From Bacillota bacterium (GTDB lineage: Bacteria; Bacillota; Clostridia; Christensenellales; Aristaeellaceae): a stretch of 64,000 nt of DNA. The stretch is from contig JAEYOV010000062.1 of the NCBI GenBank assembly GCA_023411395.1, positions 42,033 through 106,032 of the forward strand, written 5' to 3'. Each line of letters opens with the position of its first letter. Within the stretch, counting starts at the first letter, position 1. The translations under genes and the position numbers were made by a program. Under the pieces are notes generated by a model. That model made no database searches. It saw only the letters and a list, made by a program, of their open reading frames with translations, and was not told where the DNA came from. Positions 9,221 through 18,062 of the stretch are shown here, one piece after another.

Positions 9221-9916
9221 TTACTTCACTTCAAACTTATAACCCACGCCCCATACGGTGCGTATCTGCCAGCCGTATTCCTCGCAGCCAGGCAGCTTTT
9301 CCCGCAGTCTTTTTATGTGCACGTCCACCGTGCGGCTGTCGCCGAAAAAGTCGAACCCCCACACCTTTTCCAGAAGCTGCTCCCTGGTAAACACCAGGTT
9401 GGCGTTTGAGGCCAGGAAGTACAATACCTCCAGCTCCTTGGGCGGCATTTCCACAGGTTTTCCCTGATAGTGGACCTCATATTGGCTCAGGCTTACCGTC
9501 AGGTTGGGGAAGGAGATGACATCGCCCTTCTCCTCCGCCGTCCCCGGCTGGGTACGGCGAAGCACCGCCTTGATCCTGGCCACCAATTCCTTGGGCTCAA
9601 AGGGCTTGGTCAGATAATCGTCCGCTCCCAACTCCAACCCCAGCACCTTGTCAAAGGTCTCATCCTTGGCGGTGAGCATGATGATGGGAATGGCGCTGAA
9701 CTGGCGCACGGCGCGGCATACCTGCCAGCCGTCTATACCGGGCAGCATAACATCCAGCAGCAGCAGATTGGGCGGCCTGCGTCGGAAGGCGGCAAGACCC
9801 TCGTCGCCCCTTGAGGCAATCTGTACATCAAAGCCTTCCTTCTCGAGGTATAGCTGAACCAGATGGCTGATATTGGGATCATCGTCCACCAGGAGGATCA
9901 TGGGCTTGTCCTTCAT
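9221..9916 (-). CDS. OmpR-family response regulator
   Basis: ATG at 9916 follows GGAAGGGG. Receiver motifs are LLVDDD...LLLLDVMLPGIDG...MLTAK. The C-terminus is a winged helix, ...VHIKRLREKL...IRTVWGVGYKF. Confidence 0.9.
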   Translation of the reverse strand: MKDKPMILLVDDDPNISHLVQLYLEKEGFDVQIASRGDEGLAAFRRRPPNLLLLDVMLPGIDGWQVCRAVRQFSAIPIIMLTAKDETFDKVLGLELGADDYLTKPFEPKELVARIKAVLRRTQPGTAEEKGDVISFPNLTVSLSQYEVHYQGKPVEMPPKELEVLYFLASNANLVFTREQLLEKVWGFDFFGDSRTVDVHIKRLREKLPGCEEYGWQIRTVWGVGYKFEVK

Positions 9917-10070
9917 GATTTCCCCTTCCCTCTTCCGAGCGTCTATTGGGATACGCATTTTCGTTTAAAGCTTGAGGCATAAGATTCATCTTGGGCTTCC
10001 CCTGGAGGGGAAGGCTTTCAAACAGCGAGATGCAAATTATCACCTGCTGGTCCCAGCCAATGAGTCTCGC

Positions 10071-12437
10071 CTACTTCAGCGTTACCACCGTAACCCCGCT
10101 TTCGCCTTCCCCGAACACGCCCAGCCGGAAGGATTTCACGTGGGGATGGCGGCGCAGGTGCTGCTGGATGCTGGCCCGCAAAACCCCCGTGCCCTTGCCG
10201 TGGATGATGGACACCTCGCCCAGGGAGGCCAATACGGCTTCATCCAGGTATTGGTCCACCTCGGGCAGCGCCTCGTCGGTGGCTTTGCCCCGCACATCCA
10301 GCTCCATGGGCACGGTGCGGATGGCGGCGCTTGTCTGCGTGTTCACCCGGACGGCCTGCTTTTTGGGCGGTTCCATAACACGGCGAAGCTGGCTGATATG
10401 GGCCTTCAATTTCATGATGCCGGCCTGAAGCTGTACCTCACCCTTATCATCCGGTTTGACAAGCACCGTACCCTTGGTGTTCAAGTGCAGTATCTCCACC
10501 TCATCGCCCACGCGCAGGTCCCGGGGCGGCTCGGTGACGCGGAAAGCGGGAGCGGACAGCCCTTCGCTCAGGGATTCGATGCCGTCCTGCATGCGCTTGC
10601 GCAATTTATTCGCTTCATGCTCCGGCGTCAGCGTGCCTTCCTTTTTCAGACGCTTGAGTTCGCTTAAGATGGCTTCGGATTCCCGGCGGGCGTTTTCCAG
10701 CACGCGTTTTGCCTCTTCCCTGGCTTTGCGCATGGCAGATTCCCGCTTTTCCTCCATTTCCCGGCGGAGTTTTTCGGCCTCATCCCGCATGCGCACTGTT
10801 TCCTGGTGGGCTTCCTCTGCAAGCTTCCGTTCTTTCTCGGCCACCTGGCGGTGGTATTCGGCGTTGGCGATCACATCCTCAAAGCGGATGGCGTCATGGC
10901 TTAAAAGCTCCTTGGCATCACCTATCAGCGCTTCGTCAAGGCCCAGCTTGCGGGAAATTTCAAAGGCATTGCTCTTGCCCGGCACGCCGATGGACAGGCG
11001 GTAGGTGGGCCGCAGCGTTTCCACATCGAATTCCACGCTGGCGTTTTCAATGCCGGGGGTGGAAAGGGCGAAGGCCTTCAATTCGCTGTAGTGGGTGGTA
11101 GCCAGGGTGCGCACCTTCTGCTTGAGCAGATGGGCAAGGATGCTCTGGGCCAGCGCAGCGCCCTCGGTGGGATCGGTGCCGGCGCCCAGTTCATCAAATA
11201 GCACCAGATCCCCGGGCGTCACACTCTTCATGATGGCCACAATGTTGGTCATATGGGAGGAGAAGGTGGACAGGCTTTGCTCTATGCTCTGCTCGTCGCC
11301 GATATCGGCATGCACCTGATGGAAGATGGGAAGCTCCGTGCCAAGATCGGCGGGCACCTGCAGCCCGGCCTGTGCCATCAGGGCGAACAGGCCCACGGTT
11401 TTCAAAGTGACCGTCTTGCCGCCGGTATTGGGGCCGGTGACCACAAGGGAGGTGAATTCCTCCCCCATCCACAGGTTCATGGGCACCACCTTTTTAGGGT
11501 CGATGAGGGGGTGGCGGCCCCTGATGATTTTGATGAAGCCCCTCTGGTTCAGCTTGGGGGCGCAGGCCCGCATCTCCCTGGCCAGCATGCCCTTGGCAAA
11601 GGCGAAATCCAGGCGGCTTAAAATGGCGATGTTGTCCGTGAGCACCTTGGCATAGGGCGCCACGGCGGCGGAAAGCGCGACCAGGATGCGCTCAATCTCC
11701 TGCTTTTCCTTGGCGAGCCACTGCTTGATCTCGTTGCCCAGCTCCACCACCGCCATGGGCTCGATAAACAGCGTGGCCCCGCTGGAGGACTGGTCATGTA
11801 CCAGGCCGGGGACGCTGGAACGGTATTCCTGCTTCACCGGAAGTACGTACCGGTCGTTTCGCACGGTGATGATGGGGTCCTGCAAATATTTCTGGAAAGC
11901 CGTGCTGTGCAGCATGCTGTTGAGCTTGTCCCGCACCTTGTCGTTGGCGGCCCGGATGTGCCTGCGGATGTTGGAAAGTTCCGCGCTGGCCCCGTCGGCA
12001 ATCTCCTCTTCGCTGATGATGGCGTCGGTGATCTCCCGCTCCAGATGGGGTAAAACGGTCAGCCCTGAAGCAATCCGTGTGATCAGCGGCGTGTTCTCCC
12101 GGCCGGTGACCAGCGCGGAGCGGGTGCCCCTGGCTGCCCGGAGGCAATCGGCAATGTGCAAAAGGGAGCGGGGCGGCAGGGTAGCCCCCTTGTCCGCAAG
12201 GGTCAGGTAAGGCGTGATATCCTCAAAGGTGATCATGGGACTTAGGCCCAGGTATGTCAAAATCACCTGGGCCTCCTCGGTCTCCTGCTGCCATTCCATA
12301 ATTTCCGCGGGGTTGGCAGAGGGATTCAAATCACGGCAAAGCTGCGCGCCCATGGACGTTAAGGCCAGGGCCGCAAGCTGCTCGCGTATTTTTGTAAATT
12401 CCAGTACCCGTAAGGTGCGCTCAGTCATGTAACTCAT
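10071..12437 (-). CDS. mutS2: Endonuclease MutS2 (MutS domain V plus C-terminal Smr)
   Basis: 788 aa. Walker A VVTGPNTGGKT. A long coiled-coil linker leads to a C-terminal Smr domain (LDVRGK...IIHGKGTGVLR). Confidence 0.9.
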   Translation of the reverse strand: MSYMTERTLRVLEFTKIREQLAALALTSMGAQLCRDLNPSANPAEIMEWQQETEEAQVILTYLGLSPMITFEDITPYLTLADKGATLPPRSLLHIADCLRAARGTRSALVTGRENTPLITRIASGLTVLPHLEREITDAIISEEEIADGASAELSNIRRHIRAANDKVRDKLNSMLHSTAFQKYLQDPIITVRNDRYVLPVKQEYRSSVPGLVHDQSSSGATLFIEPMAVVELGNEIKQWLAKEKQEIERILVALSAAVAPYAKVLTDNIAILSRLDFAFAKGMLAREMRACAPKLNQRGFIKIIRGRHPLIDPKKVVPMNLWMGEEFTSLVVTGPNTGGKTVTLKTVGLFALMAQAGLQVPADLGTELPIFHQVHADIGDEQSIEQSLSTFSSHMTNIVAIMKSVTPGDLVLFDELGAGTDPTEGAALAQSILAHLLKQKVRTLATTHYSELKAFALSTPGIENASVEFDVETLRPTYRLSIGVPGKSNAFEISRKLGLDEALIGDAKELLSHDAIRFEDVIANAEYHRQVAEKERKLAEEAHQETVRMRDEAEKLRREMEEKRESAMRKAREEAKRVLENARRESEAILSELKRLKKEGTLTPEHEANKLRKRMQDGIESLSEGLSAPAFRVTEPPRDLRVGDEVEILHLNTKGTVLVKPDDKGEVQLQAGIMKLKAHISQLRRVMEPPKKQAVRVNTQTSAAIRTVPMELDVRGKATDEALPEVDQYLDEAVLASLGEVSIIHGKGTGVLRASIQQHLRRHPHVKSFRLGVFGEGESGVTVVTLK

Positions 12438-12442
12438 TCCTT

Positions 12443-12509
12443 AAAATAGGGATTCTAAAGGGATGTATCCCTTTAGCGGTGGGACCAGGGAGGCAGAGCC
12501 TCCCTGGTC
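12443..12509 (-). repeat. Gene-terminal bipartite hairpin module, copy M2
   Basis: On the minus strand: GACCAGGGAGG-ctctg-CCTCCCTGGTC (12509-12483), then CTAAAGGGAT-acA-TCCCTTTAG (12476-12455), then the AATCCCTATTTT box. Hairpin 1 overlaps the TGA stop of the U32 peptidase gene (12508-12510). Confidence 0.8.
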
Positions 12510-14865
12510 ACTCCACGCCGCGGCGGAAATGCCCGGCTGTGCCGGAAGGCAAGGGAACCGCGCAGTGCTCCCCCCGCCGCAAAGCGGCGAAGCAGGCGGT
12601 GATGTCAAGCTGCTCCCGGGCCGATTCGGTAGTGAACGCAAGCAGCCAGCCGACATTTCGAAGCTTGTCCGCGTAGGCGGAAAGGTTCAGCGGCAAGGTG
12701 TTGTACAGGTTCACGATGCAGCCCTCCGGCAAGCGGGTGCGCAAAAGGGGGAACTCATGGTTCAGGCTGTCGGAAAAGCGCTTGCCCCGCAGGCTGTCCT
12801 GATGATCCTGCTCGCACAGGCGGCAGTGTTCATGGCCGGATGCAAGCCCCAAAGCGGTGCGGGCGGGGCAATGGTTCAGCGTCATCAGCCGGGTACGGCC
12901 ATAAACAGGCAAAACAAAGGGAAAATTGGCAAGAGGAAGATCCCCGATTTCCCCCTGGTTCAATTCCGGCGACACCGTCATCCACTTTAGACCCAGCCGG
13001 TGAAGCTCCGTGGCCGTCCGGCCGTTATAGACAGGGATCCCTTCCCCCGCCGCCACGGGCATGCCAAACCCCGCGCCGATCTGCCCGATGCTTCCCAGCA
13101 CGACGCCGGAAAGCATGCCTCTGTGCTTGTGTGCCCAGTTCTTCAAGGCATCCAGCGTGCCTTCCTGCGCCTGCAGGGGCAGCGCCAGCCAGGAGCCCTT
13201 GGGCAGAAGGCCGGCCGCCGCCTCCAGCGCTTCCGGTTCATATGATTCCGGCGTGTAAACAAAGGCATCCGCGCCCGAATCCAAAAGCTTTTGCCCCAGG
13301 GAAGCATCGGGGCTTTGCACGACAAGCTTCGGCGCAGTTTCCGCTGTCATCGGGTACTCTGCCCCGGATAGCGGGTATTCGGTCACCGCCCGCTTCAAAA
13401 AAGCGGCGGCCCGTTTCTGATATAGTCCTTCCAGCGCTTCCCGGCGCAGAGCATTCAAAGCGGACACAGGGATAAAGCCATTGTTTCCCACAAGACGAAG
13501 ATCCTTTAGCACAAAGGGCGTATCCCCGGTCTTGCCCACGGCATGGCGGGCGGCCTCCTCCGTCAGGGGCTTTGCCATCGCCAGGGCGACCAAATCCCCC
13601 TGGGCAGTTGCTTCCGCCTCCCCGTCGGTCACGGTGAGTACGGCAGGCTCGCCGGGTTCCGCCTTCAGGGATGCGCTCACCAATATGGAAGGCGCCTTGG
13701 AGAGCATTGCCTCCATCAACTGCGCCGCGTCGGCAAGGCGGGCAACCTCGTCCCCCACAATGGGCCGCATGCCATCCCGCAGCCGGACGAGGGCCGTTTC
13801 TCCCGCCTTTTGCCCGGGACCGGAATAGGTGACCTCTTCCTCCCGGCGGCTTCTGAATTGCAAACCGTCGCCATCGTGAAGGTCTTTTACCAGCTTCACC
13901 TGCGCAAACCCCGGGCGGATGCCCGTTACACGACCGATCATAATCCCTCCGTGCCCCGGGCGGACGGGGTCGATGACACCCGCATCCTGGCTGCCGCCCG
14001 CGTACCCCGCCATGAACCCTCCCCGGTGAAAAATCTGCCGGAGGGATTCCCGTTCCGCCTCACCGGCAGGCGTGAACCTGCCCTCCGCCAAGGCGTCCAG
14101 CGCCTGGCGGTAGGCTCTGGTCACCACCGCCACATACTCCGGGCGCTTGAGCCGCCCTTCGATTTTCAGGGCATGAACACCCGCTGAGCTGAGGTCCGGC
14201 AGCTTGTCCCGCAACATGATATCCCTGGGGGAAAGCCAATAGCCCCGGCGGCCATGAAGGTCATAGGCCATGCGGCAGGGCTGGGCACACCGGCCCCTGT
14301 TGCCGCTGCGGCCGCCTGCCATGCTGGAAAAGAGGCACTGGCCGCTTATGCACACGCACATGGCTCCATGGACGAAGACTTCCGTCTCCATGCCCGCAGC
14401 CGCCACCCGGGCAATCTCATCGAGGGAGCATTCCCGTGCCAGCACCACCCTTTGAAAGCCTTCCTTCCGCAAGAAGGCAGCGCCTTGCTTGTTGTGTACC
14501 GCCATCTGGGTGCTGGCATGGCGGTGAAGGCCCGGAAAACAGTCCCTGACAAGACCGGCCACGCCATAATCCTGAAGGATGACCGCATCCGCCCCCGACC
14601 TGTTTAACAGCGAAAGCACCCGGTACACCTCGGGAATTTCCATCTCCTTTACCAGCGTGTTCACCGTTACGTGCACCCGCACGTGATACAGGTGGCACAG
14701 CTTTACGGCTTCCAGAAGGCCCTGTTCATCAAAGTTCCCGGCCCCTGCGCGCGCGCCAAAGGCGGTATACCCCAGGTACACCGCGTCCGCGCCGTTGTTG
14801 ATGGCCGCAAGCATGGCATCCCTGCTGCCTGCGGGGGCCAACAGTTCCATGGTTTCAGGTTCCAC
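12508..14865 (-). CDS. U32 family peptidase (long form with C-terminal extension)
   Basis: The sequence ELLAPAGS...AAINNGADAVYLG...E-x-F-x-HGAMC-x-x-x-SGQC is the U32 signature region. The start may instead be the ATG at 14850. Confidence 0.85.
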   Translation of the reverse strand: MEPETMELLAPAGSRDAMLAAINNGADAVYLGYTAFGARAGAGNFDEQGLLEAVKLCHLYHVRVHVTVNTLVKEMEIPEVYRVLSLLNRSGADAVILQDYGVAGLVRDCFPGLHRHASTQMAVHNKQGAAFLRKEGFQRVVLARECSLDEIARVAAAGMETEVFVHGAMCVCISGQCLFSSMAGGRSGNRGRCAQPCRMAYDLHGRRGYWLSPRDIMLRDKLPDLSSAGVHALKIEGRLKRPEYVAVVTRAYRQALDALAEGRFTPAGEAERESLRQIFHRGGFMAGYAGGSQDAGVIDPVRPGHGGIMIGRVTGIRPGFAQVKLVKDLHDGDGLQFRSRREEEVTYSGPGQKAGETALVRLRDGMRPIVGDEVARLADAAQLMEAMLSKAPSILVSASLKAEPGEPAVLTVTDGEAEATAQGDLVALAMAKPLTEEAARHAVGKTGDTPFVLKDLRLVGNNGFIPVSALNALRREALEGLYQKRAAAFLKRAVTEYPLSGAEYPMTAETAPKLVVQSPDASLGQKLLDSGADAFVYTPESYEPEALEAAAGLLPKGSWLALPLQAQEGTLDALKNWAHKHRGMLSGVVLGSIGQIGAGFGMPVAAGEGIPVYNGRTATELHRLGLKWMTVSPELNQGEIGDLPLANFPFVLPVYGRTRLMTLNHCPARTALGLASGHEHCRLCEQDHQDSLRGKRFSDSLNHEFPLLRTRLPEGCIVNLYNTLPLNLSAYADKLRNVGWLLAFTTESAREQLDITACFAALRRGEHCAVPLPSGTAGHFRRGVE

Positions 14866-15136
14866 TCCTTTTACGGCTTTCCTTCTGCGCCTGCCGCGCC
14901 ATGAGCAATTCCCTTCTCAGGCGCGTGTTTTCATCGGTGATCTTCAAAAGCTCATCTGCGATGTTCAGGGCAGCCAGAACCGCCACCATATTGGATGGCA
15001 AACGGCTGGCGGTCTCGATCTCCTGAATCTTGCGGTCCACATAGACACCTACCCGCTGCACATGCTCGGGCGGGTCGATGGACGCCAGTGTGTAATCCTT
15101 GCCTGCCACCCTAACGACGGTCTTCTTCTTTTCCAT
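14855..15136 (-). CDS. zapA: Cell division protein ZapA
   Basis: ATG at 15136 follows GGGGGAG. The sequence VRVAGKDYTLASIDPPEHVQRVGVYVDRKIQEI...AVLAALNIADELLK has the ZapA pattern. Confidence 0.8.
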   Translation of the reverse strand: MEKKKTVVRVAGKDYTLASIDPPEHVQRVGVYVDRKIQEIETASRLPSNMVAVLAALNIADELLKITDENTRLRRELLMARQAQKESRKRSGT

Positions 15137-15205
15137 ATAGGCGCTCCCCCTTTTCGCATGTCTCATTATATGCCATTTTTAGGCACTAATCAATGTTCGG
15201 GCAAC

Positions 15206-15246
15206 GAAAAAGGCGCAGAAACAAGCCTGCTGGCCGTCGCTGCGCC
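15206..15246 (-). terminator. Intrinsic terminator downstream of the cyclophilin gene
   Basis: On the minus strand: GGCGCAG (15246-15240), 21-nt loop, CTGCGCC (15218-15212), then TTTTT. Confidence 0.6.
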
Positions 15247-15264
15247 CCTTAAAAGCCCTGCTTC

Positions 15265-15801
15265 CTACAGCTGCTCAAAGGGGTAGGTCTTCCCGAAGGT
15301 CTCTACCCGAATGGATTTGATGGCCTGGGGGGTGAGCGGCTTATCCTGCCTGTCCCGGGGAGCGGAAACGATGGCGTCGGCCTGCTCCATACCGGAAAGC
15401 ACCTTGCCGAAAGCGGCATAGGCGCCGTCCAGGTGGGGCGAATCGCTGGTCATGATGAAAAACTGGGAGCCGGCGGAATCGGGCATGCTGCTCCTGGCCA
15501 TGCTCAGCACACCGTATGTATGCCTGAGGTCATTGGCTACGCCGTTTTGCGAAAACTCTCCCTTGATGTGATATCCGGGCCCGCCGGTGCCGATGCCCTT
15601 GGGGCAGCCGCCCTGGATCATGAAGCCGGGAATCACCCGGTGAAAGATGAGCCCGTCGTAAAACCCGCTGTTGCAAAGGGCAATGAAATTGCCCACCGAC
15701 TGTGGCGCGGTATCGGGATACAATTCTCCGCGCATTTCTCCGCCGTTTTCCAGTGTAATGACAAAAATGGGATTCCCCGTTTGCACTTCCTGTTCGGACA
15801 C
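15265..15801 (-). CDS. Peptidyl-prolyl cis-trans isomerase, cyclophilin type (as annotated from a GTG restart)
   Basis: The sequence FHRVIPGFMIQGGCP...GSQFFI is cyclophilin-like. The only in-frame start after the upstream TGA is GTG at 15801, and it has no clear RBS. See the finding on the upstream signal peptide. Confidence 0.85.
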   Translation of the reverse strand: MSEQEVQTGNPIFVITLENGGEMRGELYPDTAPQSVGNFIALCNSGFYDGLIFHRVIPGFMIQGGCPKGIGTGGPGYHIKGEFSQNGVANDLRHTYGVLSMARSSMPDSAGSQFFIMTSDSPHLDGAYAAFGKVLSGMEQADAIVSAPRDRQDKPLTPQAIKSIRVETFGKTYPFEQL

Positions 15802-15867
15802 AATAATCTCCCCTTCCTTGTATAGGTTATTTTCCGTATTCCAGACTTCCTCCTGCGCAGCCGCGGG

Positions 15868-15924
15868 TCATGCGGACAGCGCGGAAAGGATGAAAGCAAA
15901 CAGCCAGACAACGTTTTTTTTCAT
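15868..15924 (-). other. 18-codon signal-peptide-only ORF, in frame with the cyclophilin and ended by TGA at the expected lipobox Cys position
   Basis: GGAGGAAAACGC then ATG (15924) gives MKKNVVWLFAFILSALSA-TGA-PAAAQEE... 15924 minus 15801 is 123, which is 41 codons, so it is in frame with the PPIase. Confidence 0.7.
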
Positions 15925-15947
15925 GCGTTTTCCTCCACATATGATCT

Positions 15948-15976
15948 ATTGTATCCAATTGCTCCATAGGATGCAA
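15948..15976 (-). promoter_or_regulatory. Sigma-70-type promoter upstream of the signal-peptide ORF
   Basis: On the minus strand: TTGCAT (15976-15971), 17-nt spacer, TACAAT (15953-15948). Confidence 0.55.
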
Positions 15977-15984
15977 GTTTTTTA

Positions 15985-17445
15985 CTATAGCCATAGCTCT
16001 TTTTTACGATTCAGCATATCTTGTAATCTTTCGATATAAACGCCCACATTGCTCACGTTGGGCGCCCGCTCAATGCGCCCTTCCCCGCCAATCGCCCGCT
16101 TGGAAATGGCTCCCGCCCCCACAGCCAGGATGCTGGTGGTTTCCTCCATGATGTCCACATTGTACAAACATTCGTGGCCGGGCAGCGCATAGCCCACGTT
16201 TTCCTGATTGCCAGCCATGTATTTTTGCCGGTAGAGGTAGTAGGGGTGAAGCCCCATTTCCCGCGCCGCCTCCGCCCCCTGGCGCACCATGCGGGCCGTT
16301 TGATCCCCGTCGGGCAGCGGCGTTTCCCACAGTCTTAAAAGACTGGCGCGCTTTAGCGCCAGGGTGTGGACGGTAAGGCTCTCCGGCATAAGTTTACGCG
16401 CCCAGGAAAGGGTATATTCGAAATCCGAGACCGTCTCCCCCGGCAGACCCGCGATCACGTCCATATTGACGGAATCAAAGCCCATGGCCCTGGCCAGCTC
16501 ATACGCCTTGACTGTCTGCTCCGGCGTATGGTCACGGCCGATGCGCATCAAAGTCTCCGCCCGCATGGACTGGGGATTGATGGAGATGCGGCCGACGCCT
16601 GCCTCTTTTATGGCCTGAAGCTTTTCCCGGCTGATGGAATCGGGCCGCCCGGCTTCCACAGTATATTCCCCGGCATGGGGGAAATACGCCGTCATGGCCT
16701 CCATCACCCGGTAAAAGGCGCTGTCCGGAAGCGCTGTGGGCGTGCCTCCCCCCACATATACCGCCCGGAGCGCAAGGCCCTTTTCTTTCATAAGACGGGC
16801 GGTGAACTCCATTTCCTGCACAAGCGCGCCGATATAGGGCGGCACTTCCAATCCCTTGCCCAGCTCCCCGCTCAAAAAGGAGCAGTAGGCGCAGCGGGTG
16901 CGGCAAAACGGGATGCCAATATACACATCCACCGCCGCGGGGTCAGGCGCCGGCAGCGTTAGCTGGGTGCCAACGATATCGTTAAGCAGCAACGCCTTAT
17001 CCTCATGAAGATCAAAAGCGGTTCCCACCTGCCGGGCGGCCTGCAAGGGGGGTACGCCGCCCTTCATAGCCTCATAGACCAGCCGGGTGGGGCGGATGCC
17101 TGTCAGCGAACCCCAGGGGGGATGAAAGCCCGTATCCGCCTTTAAAAGCGCATACAGCGTCTGCTTGCACAGCCGTTTGCGCAGCCGCTTGCGCAGCAGG
17201 GCGGGGTCTTGATCCCGCCGCTCAGCCTCACGGGGGATCAACGTTGATTGCCGCACAACCTTCCCCTTCAGAGAAAATGCGCAGTCCCATACCCCATCCC
17301 GTTCTATAAGCTCATGATGCAGGCTTAGATCCGCTTCCGCCTCACCGCTGTTGACCGAAAAAGCGATCTCACCGTAAAACAGGCGGATGACATCCGCCAT
17401 CTCCGCGGCGAGCTCCGGCACAGGGGTAAAAAGGGCGATGTTCAT
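15985..17445 (-). CDS. hemZ: Radical SAM coproporphyrinogen dehydrogenase-like protein (HemZ/HemN family)
   Basis: 486 aa. The radical SAM cluster motif is IPFCRTRCAYCSF. An N-terminal extension of about 170 aa is typical of clostridial HemZ. Confidence 0.7.
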   Translation of the reverse strand: MNIALFTPVPELAAEMADVIRLFYGEIAFSVNSGEAEADLSLHHELIERDGVWDCAFSLKGKVVRQSTLIPREAERRDQDPALLRKRLRKRLCKQTLYALLKADTGFHPPWGSLTGIRPTRLVYEAMKGGVPPLQAARQVGTAFDLHEDKALLLNDIVGTQLTLPAPDPAAVDVYIGIPFCRTRCAYCSFLSGELGKGLEVPPYIGALVQEMEFTARLMKEKGLALRAVYVGGGTPTALPDSAFYRVMEAMTAYFPHAGEYTVEAGRPDSISREKLQAIKEAGVGRISINPQSMRAETLMRIGRDHTPEQTVKAYELARAMGFDSVNMDVIAGLPGETVSDFEYTLSWARKLMPESLTVHTLALKRASLLRLWETPLPDGDQTARMVRQGAEAAREMGLHPYYLYRQKYMAGNQENVGYALPGHECLYNVDIMEETTSILAVGAGAISKRAIGGEGRIERAPNVSNVGVYIERLQDMLNRKKELWL

Positions 17446-18053
17446 GAAAAGCGCTCCCGTTCCATGCCAATGGTGGTAGGATCGTCATGGCCGGGGTAGA
17501 CCTCGACCTCCTTTTGCAAAAGCAGCAGCCGCTTCATGGACTGATACAGGTCATGAAAGCTTCCGCCGGGCAGGTCCGTGCGGCCGTAGCCGTGGCGGAA
17601 CATGGTATCCCCGGTAAACAGCGCATCCCCCGCCTGGTAGCATACGCTGCCGGGGGTATGGCCGGGGGTGTGCAATACGGTAAAAGTAATGCCCGCGGCC
17701 ATAATTGCATCTTGCTCGTTGGCGGAAAGCGGCTTGCGGGACAGGGAAAACCGCGAACCGATCAAGACCGCCATGTTCTTTTCGGGGTCCTTCAGCATCG
17801 GCTCGTCCAGGGGATGGATATACAATTCCGAATCCTTGCCAAAAACGCCCTCCACCCCGCCGATATGGTCAAAATGGCCGTGGGTCAACAGCACCGCGGC
17901 GATCCGGCGGCTGCCGGCAGCCGCCAGGATGCGCTCCGGCTCGGCCCCCGGATCGATGAGCACACAGTCGTCCCTTCCCGCAAGAGATACGATGTAGCAG
18001 TTGGCTCGGATAGGGCCTACCGGCAATGTTTGTATCTGCAGCGTTTGTTCCAT
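17442..18053 (-). CDS. MBL-fold metallo-hydrolase
   Basis: THGHFDHIGG metal-binding motif. 203 aa. Overlaps the hemZ start by 4 nt. Confidence 0.85.
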   Translation of the reverse strand: MEQTLQIQTLPVGPIRANCYIVSLAGRDDCVLIDPGAEPERILAAAGSRRIAAVLLTHGHFDHIGGVEGVFGKDSELYIHPLDEPMLKDPEKNMAVLIGSRFSLSRKPLSANEQDAIMAAGITFTVLHTPGHTPGSVCYQAGDALFTGDTMFRHGYGRTDLPGGSFHDLYQSMKRLLLLQKEVEVYPGHDDPTTIGMERERFS

Positions 18054-18062
18054 GCAATCCCC

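Noticed and set aside
15868-15870. The in-frame TGA in the cyclophilin leader as selenocysteine or as a reassigned codon.
   Set aside because: TGA terminates several confidently called genes in this window, for example the U32 peptidase and DUF4180 genes. I see no convincing SECIS-like hairpin within about 30 nt downstream. A Sec at a lipobox position has no precedent I know of.
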